Positions 10,385 through 20,837 of a stretch of DNA of 64,000 nucleotides are shown one piece after another. The notes under the pieces were generated by a model, which made no database searches, was not told the DNA's origin, and was given only the letters and a program-made list of their open reading frames with translations. This DNA is from Paramoeba atlantica. Its lineage: Eukaryota; Protista; Discosea. A program made the translations under genes and the position numbers. The DNA lies in the NCBI GenBank assembly GCA_977017575.1, contig CDRNVI010000014.1:455507-519506 (forward strand), in the 5' to 3' direction. The first letter of the stretch is position 1; each line of letters starts with the position of its first letter.

Positions 10385-13300
10385 TTATGCCCCTACCAAA
10401 GACCCCGCTGGATCCGCCACGGGGATGCGTGACACCATCATCCGGGCCTGCGAACGCATGAGCGTAACATTCAGCTCCGTCAAGAGTTCATTTCGCGCTT
10501 GGCTCCGTGACAGAAACCCCTTGGACGCATTCGCCCGTTGCGTTCCGATATCCCGGAGTAACGCTAGGGCACTTTCACTCCAGGACCCAAAGGACTCTAC
10601 AACCATTGCTGTGAAGAGATGCCCGGCTTCGTCTGCTTCTTGTCGCTGTCGCGCCTTGGTCTCGGCATAGTGCGCGGCAAAAGACCCTGGGGTCACCCAG
10701 CTAGCATTACGGACTGAGTCCAAATACTTTAATTGCTGGGCGTGGGTGACCGCAAAGTCCAATACCATGCCTTGCGCCCGAGTCCCTTTTGCCAAGGATG
10801 CAGTGGGCAGGAAGACATCCGCAGGCCTCGTGAGAGCTCCTCCGGGGCCTCGGTTTCCGAGACTCATCTCGCGCCGTGGTCCCAATTGGGCCTTGGAACA
10901 GAAAGATGTGAATTGTTGTGCCAGGGAGTTGTGGCGGGCGATGATGCCATGCCCATTTTTACAGAGCAAGGCGTGTTCACCGTTCTTGAGGAGAGGGAGG
11001 GCACAGCCTTCGGCGGGACAAGGCCTATCCTCTGGGAAAACATCCACCCCCAACCACCAACGTGATAGCGTCCGGAACTCCGTGGGGGTGAAAGCCAACC
11101 CTCTTTGCTTTGAGGGTGTCACAAAAACCCAGTTTCCGGCCCCTTTACCTGACTGAGAAACCCAGCGTGCCCTTGTTCGGGCGTCTGCCCTTGCGTAAGC
11201 AGCATAGAACTCCTGTTCAGCGATTGCGTGGCTCAGGTGTTTTTGTCGTGGTACGATGGTTTCTGGTTCTGTGGTGTCGGGTAAAAGGGGGTGGCGGAGG
11301 GAATGGGAAAGTTTTCTTTTCGCCGGGCGTGACTGGGCGTCCCGTGCCTCGTTGTGGTAGTCTGGTGAGCTTGGCTTGAGGATACGTCCAGTATACAGAT
11401 CGACCAGGACAGTCCCAACTTTTTGATTTATTTCGCGTGCCGAATCAAGAAACCCTTCAGCTTCGGCTGCATCCCACTTATCCTTGTCGGAGGCAAAAGC
11501 CACAGAAGAAACGTATGCGGCCGAGTGGTGAAGCAACGATGAGCGAAGGCCGAATCCCCCGTAACGTTTGGGCCGTTGTAGTTGGTCAAGGGCGGGAAGA
11601 TCAAGAGGAAAAAGTGCGTGTTCCACAGCGCGCATGAGGTGAAAATCCAGCTGACGACAGAGTTCTCCGAGGCCTTGGGGAGGGGTGGTACGCAGTGCGT
11701 ATACCATTTGGCAGAATCCGGCGCACTGCCTTATAAGGGCGAGGGCCACTTGCGGGTCTTCTATCAGGGAAATGGCTTCCAACGTATCGCGGGCTGGCTC
11801 GATCGCGTGTGTCCTTAGGAAATTCGCACAGTGTTCTGGAGAGCCCACCGGACTCCCAAGGATATCAAAGTTTCCGTCATACCTTATTTTGTCGCTAGGA
11901 ATGTCGGGGAAAAAAGCAGAGGTGTGGGCAGACGCAGGGGGGGTGATGATTTCACATTTTGAGAGGTTCAGAAAGAGTCCCCACTGAGTTCCCACTTCCG
12001 CGAGAACGTCTAGTGCCTTCCGGACTTCCCGTGGTTCGCCAATGATCACACCGTCATCGAGATACCATAACTGTGTTTGGAGCTTTGTACGCGATGCGAT
12101 TTCCTCCGTTGCCCCCGACAAAACCAAAGAGAACAGGAGGGGACCTAGGGGATCACCTTGCTGCACGCCCTCGGCCGAAGGAATTAAATTGTCACCAAAT
12201 GTTAGACAGCTGTGGTTGGCGTAACACCACTCAACCCATGGGGACAACTCGGGGAAATGCTTTCGCGTGAGGAAGATAAACACCGGCCTACTGACATTGT
12301 TAAAGGCGTTGCGGAGATCCACTTTACAGAAGGTTATATTTTCGTTTTCCATGTTGTTGAGCATCAACCTACGACAATTGTGAATGACTCGCTCTGCTCC
12401 GGCGGGCGCCGCGACGCCGTACTGTTTGCGGCCGAAGAAGGAACTTGCCTTTTCCTTTAAAGAAAGACACGCTGCCTTGCTGACCAAACGTCGTAGCGTT
12501 TCCCCCGCAGCAATAGGCCTCACGTCTTCTTCGTCCTTTTCGAGCGCGCAGAGTCGTGCACCTGCAAAGAAGGGGTGTACTTCATCCGGGCCTCTGCCTG
12601 CTAAAAGGTGGTTCACAAAGGACGTGAGCGCCAGGAGTGGATCCATGTACTGGTCAACATGCTCTTGCAGTGCTGCTTGTAGGTGTTCGGGTCGAAGACC
12701 CATGGTTCCGGCGGAGGAGCCGCGGTGAAAACTATTCACGGCCTTTTTTACTTCCGATTCGTCCAGCTGTAAAAAGTCTTCTTTCAATGGTGGCAAAGGG
12801 CAGGAGATAGGATTCCCGTGGGAGCTAGGATGTTTCCTTTGCAACTTTCGCAATGTTTCTTCGTTGTGCGGCGCGAGGGGAGCTGCCGTCAGGGCTGCCA
12901 TTCCTCTGGAAAATTCCCCGTCACGGACCAGAAGTTCTGCTCGTACTATAGCCTTTTCCACGTCGTTCTCGTTGCTCGTGTTCTTCGGGCGTTTTCTCTC
13001 GTGATCGGACACAGCTTGAGACCAAAGGGTCGAGTATTGTCCTTCCATCCAAAGCTCCATTCTTTTGAGAATGTACGACGAGTAAGTGATATGGGCTTTA
13101 CGGCCTCCTCGGAACGGGGCTGGAAGGACGCACTTTGGAAGTAAGGCAAGGAGCGTCCACGCCCTCACTGAATTTTCGCGCACCGCTGTGGATAGGGCGT
13201 AAGTCAATATCTGGGCCCACATGCGTCGGCATCGGTGTGGGACGTCTTTGCAGGTGTTTATCGGTGTCGTGCATATTTGCTCCAGAGAGGGTAGCTCGGC

Positions 13301-14179
13301 CGTGCCCTGAACATCGTAGATGGCTTCTCCTAGGCATTCCGAGGGTTGCGAGGGTGGAGGTGATTGCACGGCGTGCCCTTTGCATTGGTTCACGTGCGCC
13401 GTCTTTTTGTTGAGAGCGTAATGTCGACCGCATGCGGCGCACAGAAAGCGGCCCTCTTTCTCCCACCAAACACTGGAAATTGCTTCCCCATGCCTGTAGG
13501 CCACGTGGTGGTAATAGTACTGCCACTGCCCTCCGTGGGCTTGCGTCTTCCAGGTACACCCATCTGCAGGGCACTCTCGTTGCGGCGGATCTTCCTCAGA
13601 AATGGGCGGGGTCGCAGGAACCTGGTCACTTGCCAGGGTCGGGGCCTGAGGAGTGGTCACTCGTGATACGTTTTCCGTAGGTTCGAGAACGTGGGGGCCC
13701 CGCGTGGTCTTGTAGTCCGCGGTTTCCGCTTTTCTTGCATTGGCTTTCTCTCGGGCCTTCTGAGGTTTCGTAGCGCCCCGAAGCTGACCCTTAGAACTCG
13801 GAGGTGTGGCGGAAGCTCTTCGACGAGGGAATTTCTTAGCCATGGAATTATTATCAAGCTGTGTGGTATCAACTTCGAGATTCGATCTGATGAGAACACG
13901 TGAGTGGTTCGTTTCTTCGTCGCCTCCATTTTCGCATCCTGTATCAGGCGTTTGTTGTTGAGTTAAGATGGAGGCGGCATTCGCGCACCAGTCATTAGGG
14001 ACATTCGCAGGAATCGGAGTTGTATATAGCAGATCATTATACGTGCTTGGATGCTTGATGAGGTGTGCGTTTCCAGCAAATTGGTCCCAAGATCCAGGTA
14101 GATGTGTGGATTCCTCTTGTAGGAATGTATCGTCGTCCATGAGGGGAAGTGTCTCTTCGTGTGGGCTGATACCAGACAT
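10385..14179 (-). CDS. Family A ORF (~1264 aa): conserved N-terminal block, two zinc-finger motifs, RT, CCHC, RLE
   Basis: CPADGC..HVAYRH and CAACG..HVNQC; GVQQGDPLGPLLF; WYLDDG; CPAEGC..HALLC..RHN; RPADV..LDFAV..K..VESFGSW. Confidence 0.92.
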   Translation of the reverse strand: MSGISPHEETLPLMDDDTFLQEESTHLPGSWDQFAGNAHLIKHPSTYNDLLYTTPIPANVPNDWCANAASILTQQQTPDTGCENGGDEETNHSRVLIRSNLEVDTTQLDNNSMAKKFPRRRASATPPSSKGQLRGATKPQKAREKANARKAETADYKTTRGPHVLEPTENVSRVTTPQAPTLASDQVPATPPISEEDPPQRECPADGCTWKTQAHGGQWQYYYHHVAYRHGEAISSVWWEKEGRFLCAACGRHYALNKKTAHVNQCKGHAVQSPPPSQPSECLGEAIYDVQGTAELPSLEQICTTPINTCKDVPHRCRRMWAQILTYALSTAVRENSVRAWTLLALLPKCVLPAPFRGGRKAHITYSSYILKRMELWMEGQYSTLWSQAVSDHERKRPKNTSNENDVEKAIVRAELLVRDGEFSRGMAALTAAPLAPHNEETLRKLQRKHPSSHGNPISCPLPPLKEDFLQLDESEVKKAVNSFHRGSSAGTMGLRPEHLQAALQEHVDQYMDPLLALTSFVNHLLAGRGPDEVHPFFAGARLCALEKDEEDVRPIAAGETLRRLVSKAACLSLKEKASSFFGRKQYGVAAPAGAERVIHNCRRLMLNNMENENITFCKVDLRNAFNNVSRPVFIFLTRKHFPELSPWVEWCYANHSCLTFGDNLIPSAEGVQQGDPLGPLLFSLVLSGATEEIASRTKLQTQLWYLDDGVIIGEPREVRKALDVLAEVGTQWGLFLNLSKCEIITPPASAHTSAFFPDIPSDKIRYDGNFDILGSPVGSPEHCANFLRTHAIEPARDTLEAISLIEDPQVALALIRQCAGFCQMVYALRTTPPQGLGELCRQLDFHLMRAVEHALFPLDLPALDQLQRPKRYGGFGLRSSLLHHSAAYVSSVAFASDKDKWDAAEAEGFLDSAREINQKVGTVLVDLYTGRILKPSSPDYHNEARDAQSRPAKRKLSHSLRHPLLPDTTEPETIVPRQKHLSHAIAEQEFYAAYARADARTRARWVSQSGKGAGNWVFVTPSKQRGLAFTPTEFRTLSRWWLGVDVFPEDRPCPAEGCALPLLKNGEHALLCKNGHGIIARHNSLAQQFTSFCSKAQLGPRREMSLGNRGPGGALTRPADVFLPTASLAKGTRAQGMVLDFAVTHAQQLKYLDSVRNASWVTPGSFAAHYAETKARQRQEADEAGHLFTAMVVESFGSWSESALALLRDIGTQRANASKGFLSRSQARNELLTELNVTLMRSQARMMVSRIPVADPAGSLVGA

Positions 14180-14224
14180 TGAGAGTAACCCGTACCTCGG
14201 AAAGAGATGAAATAGAAAATAATT

Positions 14225-14256
14225 CAACAAGGTACAGAAACTGTATCTTTATCGTT
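14225..14256 (-). other. Spliced-leader-like sequence at element 5' end (32 nt, AACG...TTG)
   Basis: AACGATAAAGATACAGTTTCTGTACCTTGTTG contains the ACAGTTTCTGTAC core and terminal TTG of kinetoplastid/diplonemid SL exons. Confidence 0.8.
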
Positions 14257-14407
14257 CTCCCCTTTTTTTTTTTTTTTTTTCTGAGCCTTCTCCCAAAGAT
14301 CGTTCGTATTATCCTAAATCTCGCAGGCATTCTAAACACGGATAATCGTTGTGAATAATAATAAGAACTTTTAAGAGCTTTTCTAATGTGCGAACTTGTT
14401 GGTCGAC

Positions 14408-16111
14408 TCACTGACGCAGTCCACCAATCCAATGTGCTTCTGGAATATACTCGCGGAGCTGCGATACAATAGTATACGCTGCTAGCTTTTCTATCTCAAG
14501 TTGGAAGGCCTCACGTACGTCTTCGTACTTTTGTTTGGCTCGTTGGGATAATGCCTTGAGGAGGGTTTTGGTGTCGTTGTGCAGAAGACCGCAGTCAGAG
14601 GCGGCCAGGCAACGAAAAGAGTCGCTTTCTACGCCTTTCTCCGTAACGTACTTTTTGAATTTCTTGTCGAGCACGTGCTGCATCAGCGCTGTACTTGTTT
14701 GTTTGGCATAGCTGCTGCAACAAGTGTGAACAACGGTAAAATCATACAGGACCTCCCCCATGTGGGGCCACATAATAGCAAGATCAGGACCGGATCGGAT
14801 TCTGCGGGCTTTGCAAGGATGATGTTCAGCTACTTCCGCTGAGATGGAACACTTGCACTTAGTACAGAAAAACGAAGAATGGATGCGCGGTTCGATAATA
14901 CAAGGGAGACCAGCTTTGGAGCACAAATCTGCGAGGTACCTCACTATGTGTGAGTGCTTTCTGGTGCAATTCATGCCCGAGCACCGGGAGCATCCTGCGA
15001 CGTGTGGTATAATGCTGGTAGGAGATTCATGGCCACAGCATCCAGGGCATATAACATCGGCCGGTGCGTTATGTAATCCGATGCCCAAACGCATCATCAA
15101 AGTGTATCGGAAGAGGTACGGGTTTACATAATTGCTGGTGCTTTCTAAATGCATGTTTGATTCCTTTGTACGCTTCAATAAAAGTCCCATGTGAGAATCC
15201 TTCTGCAGCTCAGTTATCTGTTTATCGTGTTCTGCACTTAGCTTCTTTTTCAATAGCTTGCGCGCTGCCTCTCCTCGACTTTGCGGTTGTTTCACAGCTT
15301 TTTCGCTGCCTTTCTGATCTACCGGAGCGTTATTGGGTTTAAGGTGCTCATCAATAGATTTGCTGGCAGTTTCGAAGAAATGTTTTTGCTTCAGAGTCGA
15401 GGAAATTAAGCCTAGGCCACCGAGTTTCTGTGGTAGAGCGGCGAGTTTCAGGGCGTTTGCGTCTGCTCCACTCCACTTTTCTAGAACTTTGTTTACTTGG
15501 TTCTCGAAGGATTGTGCTAGTTGGAAAGTAGCGCCTGGCCGATGTACTCGTAGATGGTAATCGTGCCGTGGAATCGTACAACGGCGGAGAATGGCAAGAG
15601 ACAAATTACTGGGACCCATAAGCAACAACCTGCGGAATAGGCACTTGTGTTTCTCCATTTTCTTGATCAGCAGATTTTCCACGACTTGGTCTGTGCCTAC
15701 GTATGCGCCTAAGACTTTTATCGCATCACTGCAAAAGTTTACTCCAAGTTTTTCCAACGGAGGAGGCTGAGCTATGTTGGGAATGTTCTTCTGAAACCAA
15801 TCGCATTTCTGGAAATTAATTCGGAGGTTCATCTCTGCGGCGATCTCACGCAGGTAAAAGAAAGCTGCCTCCAATGCTTGCACGTTTTTGGAGCTCAAAG
15901 TCACATCGTCTTGGTATGCTCGGATCTTCACGTCAGGATAGAGGTGCATGAGTTCTCGTAGCGGGCCTTGCAAAAGTGCGCAGAAGTACATTGATGAAAG
16001 TGCCGATCCTTGGCGAATTCCTGAAGAGCTTTCGATGGTAGCAAACAGAGCATTGTGCGCAAAAAATAGCAGCTCAGAGGGAATCCCATATTCTAGGTAG
16101 AATAGGCGCAT
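14408..16111 (-). CDS. Family B CRE-like 3' half (RT C-half + CCHC + RLE), copy 1; 5'-truncated
   Basis: GIRQGSALSSMYF, AYQDDV, ALPQKLGGLGL, CPGC..HVAGC, EPR..GPDL..YDFTV..KKFKKY. Confidence 0.85.
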   Translation of the reverse strand: MRLFYLEYGIPSELLFFAHNALFATIESSSGIRQGSALSSMYFCALLQGPLRELMHLYPDVKIRAYQDDVTLSSKNVQALEAAFFYLREIAAEMNLRINFQKCDWFQKNIPNIAQPPPLEKLGVNFCSDAIKVLGAYVGTDQVVENLLIKKMEKHKCLFRRLLLMGPSNLSLAILRRCTIPRHDYHLRVHRPGATFQLAQSFENQVNKVLEKWSGADANALKLAALPQKLGGLGLISSTLKQKHFFETASKSIDEHLKPNNAPVDQKGSEKAVKQPQSRGEAARKLLKKKLSAEHDKQITELQKDSHMGLLLKRTKESNMHLESTSNYVNPYLFRYTLMMRLGIGLHNAPADVICPGCCGHESPTSIIPHVAGCSRCSGMNCTRKHSHIVRYLADLCSKAGLPCIIEPRIHSSFFCTKCKCSISAEVAEHHPCKARRIRSGPDLAIMWPHMGEVLYDFTVVHTCCSSYAKQTSTALMQHVLDKKFKKYVTEKGVESDSFRCLAASDCGLLHNDTKTLLKALSQRAKQKYEDVREAFQLEIEKLAAYTIVSQLREYIPEAHWIGGLRQ

Positions 16112-16552
16112 GAAAGGCTTGAAAATGGGATTACCAAGGAGTGCCTCAGCAGTTGTCTTGCGCTTGTGCTACACTTTTCTTTTTCCGTACGAGACTAGAA
16201 ACCGCTTCGTTCCATAGCGCTAAGAATTCTCCATTGCGCCATCTAGCTAGACACTTCTTCACATGGGAAGCGTACGACGCTTTCGCGCGGTTACCTCCGC
16301 GGTGGGGGGCAGGTAAAACGCACTTGGGCAACATGGCGAGAAGCGTCCACGCTTGGAGTGTGTTTTCGCAGATCGCCGTGGATATACATCCACAATTCTA
16401 TTTTTTTTTTTTTTTTTTTTTTTTTCTGAGCCTTCTCCCAAAGATCGTTCGTATTATCCTAAATCTCGCAGGCATTCTAAACACGGATAATCGTTGTGAA
16501 TAATAATAAGAACTTTTAAGAGCTTTTCTAATGTGCGAACTTGTTGGTCGAC

Positions 16553-18256
16553 TCACTGACGCAGTCCACCAATCCAATGTGCTTCTGGAATATACTCGCG
16601 GAGCTGCGATACAATAGTATACGCTGCTAGCTTTTCTATCTCGAGTTGGAAGGCCTCACGTACGTCTTCGTACTTTTGTTTGGCTCGTTGGGATAATGCC
16701 TTGAGGAGGGTTTTGGTGTCGTTGTGCAGAAGACCGCAGTCAGAGGCGGCCAGGCAACGAAAAGAGTCGCTTTCTACGCCTTTCTCCGTAACGTACTTCT
16801 TGAATTTCTTGTCGAGCACGTGCTGCATCAGCGCTGTACTTGTTTGTTTGGCATAGCTGCTGCAACAAGTGTGAACAACGGTAAAATCATACAGGACCTC
16901 CCCCATGTGGGGCCACATAATAGCAAGATCAGGACCGGATCGGATTCTGCGGGCTTTGCAAGGATGATGTTCAGCTACTTCCGCTGAGATGGAACACTTG
17001 CACTTAGTACAGAAAAACGAAGAATGGATGCGCGGTTCGATAATACAAGGGAGACCAGCTTTGGAGCACAAATCTGCGAGGTACCTCACTATGTGTGAGT
17101 GCTTTCTGGTGCAATTCATGCCCGAGCACCGGGAGCATCCTGCGACGTGTGGTATAATGCTGGTAGGAGATTCATGGCCACAGCATCCAGGGCATATAAC
17201 ATCGGCCGGTGCGTTATGTAATCCGATGCCCAAACGCATCATCAAAGTGTATCGGAAGAGGTACGGGTTTACATAATTGCTGGTGCTTTCTAAATGCATG
17301 TTTGATTCCTTTGTACGCTTCAATAAAAGTCCCATGTGAGAATCCTTCTGCAGCTCAGTTATCTGTTTATCGTGTTCTGCACTTAGCTTCTTTTTCAATA
17401 GCTTGCGCGCTGCCTCTCCTCGACTTTGCGGTTGTTTCACAGCTTTTTCGCTGCCTTTCTGATCTACCGGAGCGTTATTGGGTTTAAGGTGCTCATCAAT
17501 AGATTTGCTGGCAGTTTCGAAGAAATGTTTTTGCTTCAGAGTCGAGGAAATTAAGCCTAGGCCACCGAGTTTCTGTGGTAGAGCGGCGAGTTTCAGGGCG
17601 TTTGCGTCTGCTCCACTCCACTTTTCTAGAACTTTGTTTACTTGGTTCTCGAAGGATTGTGCTAGTTGGAAAGTAGCGCCTGGCCGATGTACTCGTAGAT
17701 GGTAATCGTGCCGTGGAATCGTACAACGGCGGAGAATGGCAAGAGACAAATTACTGGGACCCATAAGCAACAACCTGCGGAATAGGCACTTGTGTTTCTC
17801 CATTTTCTTGATCAGCAGATTTTCCACGACTTGGTCTGTGCCTACGTATGCGCCTAAGACTTTTATCGCATCACTGCAAAAGTTTACTCCAAGTTTTTCC
17901 AACGGAGGAGGCTGAGCTATGTTGGGAATGTTCTTCTGAAACCAATCGCATTTCTGGAAATTAATTCGGAGGTTCATCTCTGCGGCGATCTCACGCAGGT
18001 AAAAGAAAGCTGCCTCCAATGCTTGCACGTTTTTGGAGCTCAAAGTCACATCGTCTTGGTATGCTCGGATCTTCACGTCAGGATAGAGGTGCATGAGTTC
18101 TCGTAGCGGGCCTTGCAAAAGTGCGCAGAAGTACATTGATGAAAGTGCCGATCCTTGGCGAATTCCTGAAGAGCTTTCGATGGTAGCAAACAGAGCATTG
18201 TGCGCAAAAAATAGCAGCTCAGAGGGAATCCCATATTCTAGGTAGAATAGGCGCAT
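16553..18256 (-). CDS. Family B 3' half, copy 2
   Basis: Protein identical to 14408-16111. Confidence 0.85.
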   Translation of the reverse strand: MRLFYLEYGIPSELLFFAHNALFATIESSSGIRQGSALSSMYFCALLQGPLRELMHLYPDVKIRAYQDDVTLSSKNVQALEAAFFYLREIAAEMNLRINFQKCDWFQKNIPNIAQPPPLEKLGVNFCSDAIKVLGAYVGTDQVVENLLIKKMEKHKCLFRRLLLMGPSNLSLAILRRCTIPRHDYHLRVHRPGATFQLAQSFENQVNKVLEKWSGADANALKLAALPQKLGGLGLISSTLKQKHFFETASKSIDEHLKPNNAPVDQKGSEKAVKQPQSRGEAARKLLKKKLSAEHDKQITELQKDSHMGLLLKRTKESNMHLESTSNYVNPYLFRYTLMMRLGIGLHNAPADVICPGCCGHESPTSIIPHVAGCSRCSGMNCTRKHSHIVRYLADLCSKAGLPCIIEPRIHSSFFCTKCKCSISAEVAEHHPCKARRIRSGPDLAIMWPHMGEVLYDFTVVHTCCSSYAKQTSTALMQHVLDKKFKKYVTEKGVESDSFRCLAASDCGLLHNDTKTLLKALSQRAKQKYEDVREAFQLEIEKLAAYTIVSQLREYIPEAHWIGGLRQ

Positions 18257-18695
18257 GAAAGGCTTGAAAATGGGATTACCAAGGAGTGCCTCAGCAGTTG
18301 TCTTGCGCTTGTGCTACACTTTTCTTTTTCCGTACGAGACTAGAAACCGCTTCGTTCCATAGCGCTAAGAATTCTCCATTGCGCCATCTAGCTAGACACT
18401 TCTTCACATGGGAAGCGTACGACGCTTTCGCGCGGTTACCTCCGCGGTGGGGGGCAGGTAAAACGCACTTGGGCAACATGGCGAGAAGCGTCCACGCTTG
18501 GAGTGTGTTTTCGCAGATCGCCGTGGATATACATCCACAATTCTATTTTTTTTTTTTTTTTTTTTTTTCTGAGCCTTCTCCCAAAGATCGTTCGTATTAT
18601 CCTAAATCTCGCAGGCATTCTAAACACGGATAATCGTTGTGAATAATAATAAGAACTTTTAAGAGCTTTTCTAATGTGCGAACTTGTTGGTCGAC

Positions 18696-20399
18696 TCACT
18701 GACGCAGTCCACCAATCCAATGTGCTTCTGGAATATACTCGCGGAGCTGCGATACAATAGTATACGCTGCTAGCTTTTCTATCTCGAGTTGGAAGGCCTC
18801 ACGTACGTCTTCGTACTTTTGTTTGGCTCGTTGGGATAATGCCTTGAGGAGGGTTTTGGTGTCGTTGTGCAGAAGACCGCAGTCAGAGGCGGCCAGGCAA
18901 CGAAAAGAGTCGCTTTCTACGCCTTTCTCCGTAACGTACTTCTTGAATTTCTTGTCGAGCACGTGCTGCATCAGCGCTGTACTTGTTTGTTTGGCATAGC
19001 TGCTGCAACAAGTGTGAACAACGGTAAAATCATACAGGACCTCCCCCATGTGGGGCCACATAATAGCAAGATCAGGACCGGATCGGATTCTGCGGGCTTT
19101 GCAAGGATGATGTTCAGCTACTTCCGCTGAGATGGAACACTTGCACTTAGTACAGAAAAACGAAGAATGGATGCGCGGTTCGATAATACAAGGGAGACCA
19201 GCTTTGGAGCACAAATCTGCGAGGTACCTCACTATGTGTGAGTGCTTTCTGGTGCAATTCATGCCCGAGCACCGGGAGCATCCTGCGACGTGTGGTATAA
19301 TGCTGGTAGGAGATTCATGGCCACAGCATCCAGGGCATATAACATCGGCCGGTGCGTTATGTAATCCGATGCCCAAACGCATCATCAAAGTGTATCGGAA
19401 GAGGTACGGGTTTACATAATTGCTGGTGCTTTCTAAATGCATGTTTGATTCCTTTGTACGCTTCAATAAAAGTCCCATGTGAGAATCCTTCTGCAGCTCA
19501 GTTATCTGTTTATCGTGTTCTGCACTTAGCTTCTTTTTCAATAGCTTGCGCGCTGCCTCTCCTCGACTTTGCGGTTGTTTCACAGCTTTTTCGCTGCCTT
19601 TCTGATCTACCGGAGCGTTATTGGGTTTAAGGTGCTCATCAATAGATTTGCTGGCAGTTTCGAAGAAATGTTTTTGCTTCAGAGTCGAGGAAATTAAGCC
19701 TAGGCCACCGAGTTTCTGTGGTAGAGCGGCGAGTTTCAGGGCGTTTGCGTCTGCTCCACTCCACTTTTCTAGAACTTTGTTTACTTGGTTCTCGAAGGAT
19801 TGTGCTAGTTGGAAAGTAGCGCCTGGCCGATGTACTCGTAGATGGTAATCGTGCCGTGGAATCGTACAACGGCGGAGAATGGCAAGAGACAAATTACTGG
19901 GACCCATAAGCAACAACCTGCGGAATAGGCACTTGTGTTTCTCCATTTTCTTGATCAGCAGATTTTCCACGACTTGGTCTGTGCCTACGTATGCGCCTAA
20001 GACTTTTATCGCATCACTGCAAAAGTTTACTCCAAGTTTTTCCAACGGAGGAGGCTGAGCTATGTTGGGAATGTTCTTCTGAAACCAATCGCATTTCTGG
20101 AAATTAATTCGGAGGTTCATCTCTGCGGCGATCTCACGCAGGTAAAAGAAAGCTGCCTCCAATGCTTGCACGTTTTTGGAGCTCAAAGTCACATCGTCTT
20201 GGTATGCTCGGATCTTCACGTCAGGATAGAGGTGCATGAGTTCTCGTAGCGGGCCTTGCAAAAGTGCGCAGAAGTACATTGATGAAAGTGCCGATCCTTG
20301 GCGAATTCCTGAAGAGCTTTCGATGGTAGCAAACAGAGCATTGTGCGCAAAAAATAGCAGCTCAGAGGGAATCCCATATTCTAGGTAGAATAGGCGCAT
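18696..20399 (-). CDS. Family B 3' half, copy 3
   Basis: Protein identical to 14408-16111. Confidence 0.85.
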   Translation of the reverse strand: MRLFYLEYGIPSELLFFAHNALFATIESSSGIRQGSALSSMYFCALLQGPLRELMHLYPDVKIRAYQDDVTLSSKNVQALEAAFFYLREIAAEMNLRINFQKCDWFQKNIPNIAQPPPLEKLGVNFCSDAIKVLGAYVGTDQVVENLLIKKMEKHKCLFRRLLLMGPSNLSLAILRRCTIPRHDYHLRVHRPGATFQLAQSFENQVNKVLEKWSGADANALKLAALPQKLGGLGLISSTLKQKHFFETASKSIDEHLKPNNAPVDQKGSEKAVKQPQSRGEAARKLLKKKLSAEHDKQITELQKDSHMGLLLKRTKESNMHLESTSNYVNPYLFRYTLMMRLGIGLHNAPADVICPGCCGHESPTSIIPHVAGCSRCSGMNCTRKHSHIVRYLADLCSKAGLPCIIEPRIHSSFFCTKCKCSISAEVAEHHPCKARRIRSGPDLAIMWPHMGEVLYDFTVVHTCCSSYAKQTSTALMQHVLDKKFKKYVTEKGVESDSFRCLAASDCGLLHNDTKTLLKALSQRAKQKYEDVREAFQLEIEKLAAYTIVSQLREYIPEAHWIGGLRQ

Positions 20400-20837
20400 G
20401 AAAGGCTTGAAAATGGGATTACCAAGGAGTGCCTCAGCAGTTGTCTTGCGCTTGTGCTACACTTTTCTTTTTCCGTACGAGACTAGAAACCGCTTCGTTC
20501 CATAGCGCTAAGAATTCTCCATTGCGCCATCTAGCTAGACACTTCTTCACATGGGAAGCGTACGACGCTTTCGCGCGGTTACCTCCGCGGTGGGGGGCAG
20601 GTAAAACGCACTTGGGCAACATGGCGAGAAGCGTCCACGCTTGGAGTGTGTTTTCGCAGATCGCCGTGGATATACATCCACAATTCTATTTTTTTTTTTT
20701 TTTTTTTTTTCTGAGCCTTCTCCCAAAGATCGTTCGTATTATCCTAAATCTCGCAGGCATTCTAAACACGGATAATCGTTGTGAATAATAGTAAGAACTT
20801 TTAAGAGCTTTTCTAATGTGCGAACTTGTTGGTCGAC

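Larger units (their letters stand above)
9770..14256 (-). mobile_element. Full-length family A CRE-like retrotransposon: SL, 5' UTR, ORF, ~600-nt 3' UTR, short A tail
   Basis: SL at 14225-14256, ATG 14179, intact ORF to 10385, 3' UTR homologous to 32067-32640. Confidence 0.85.
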
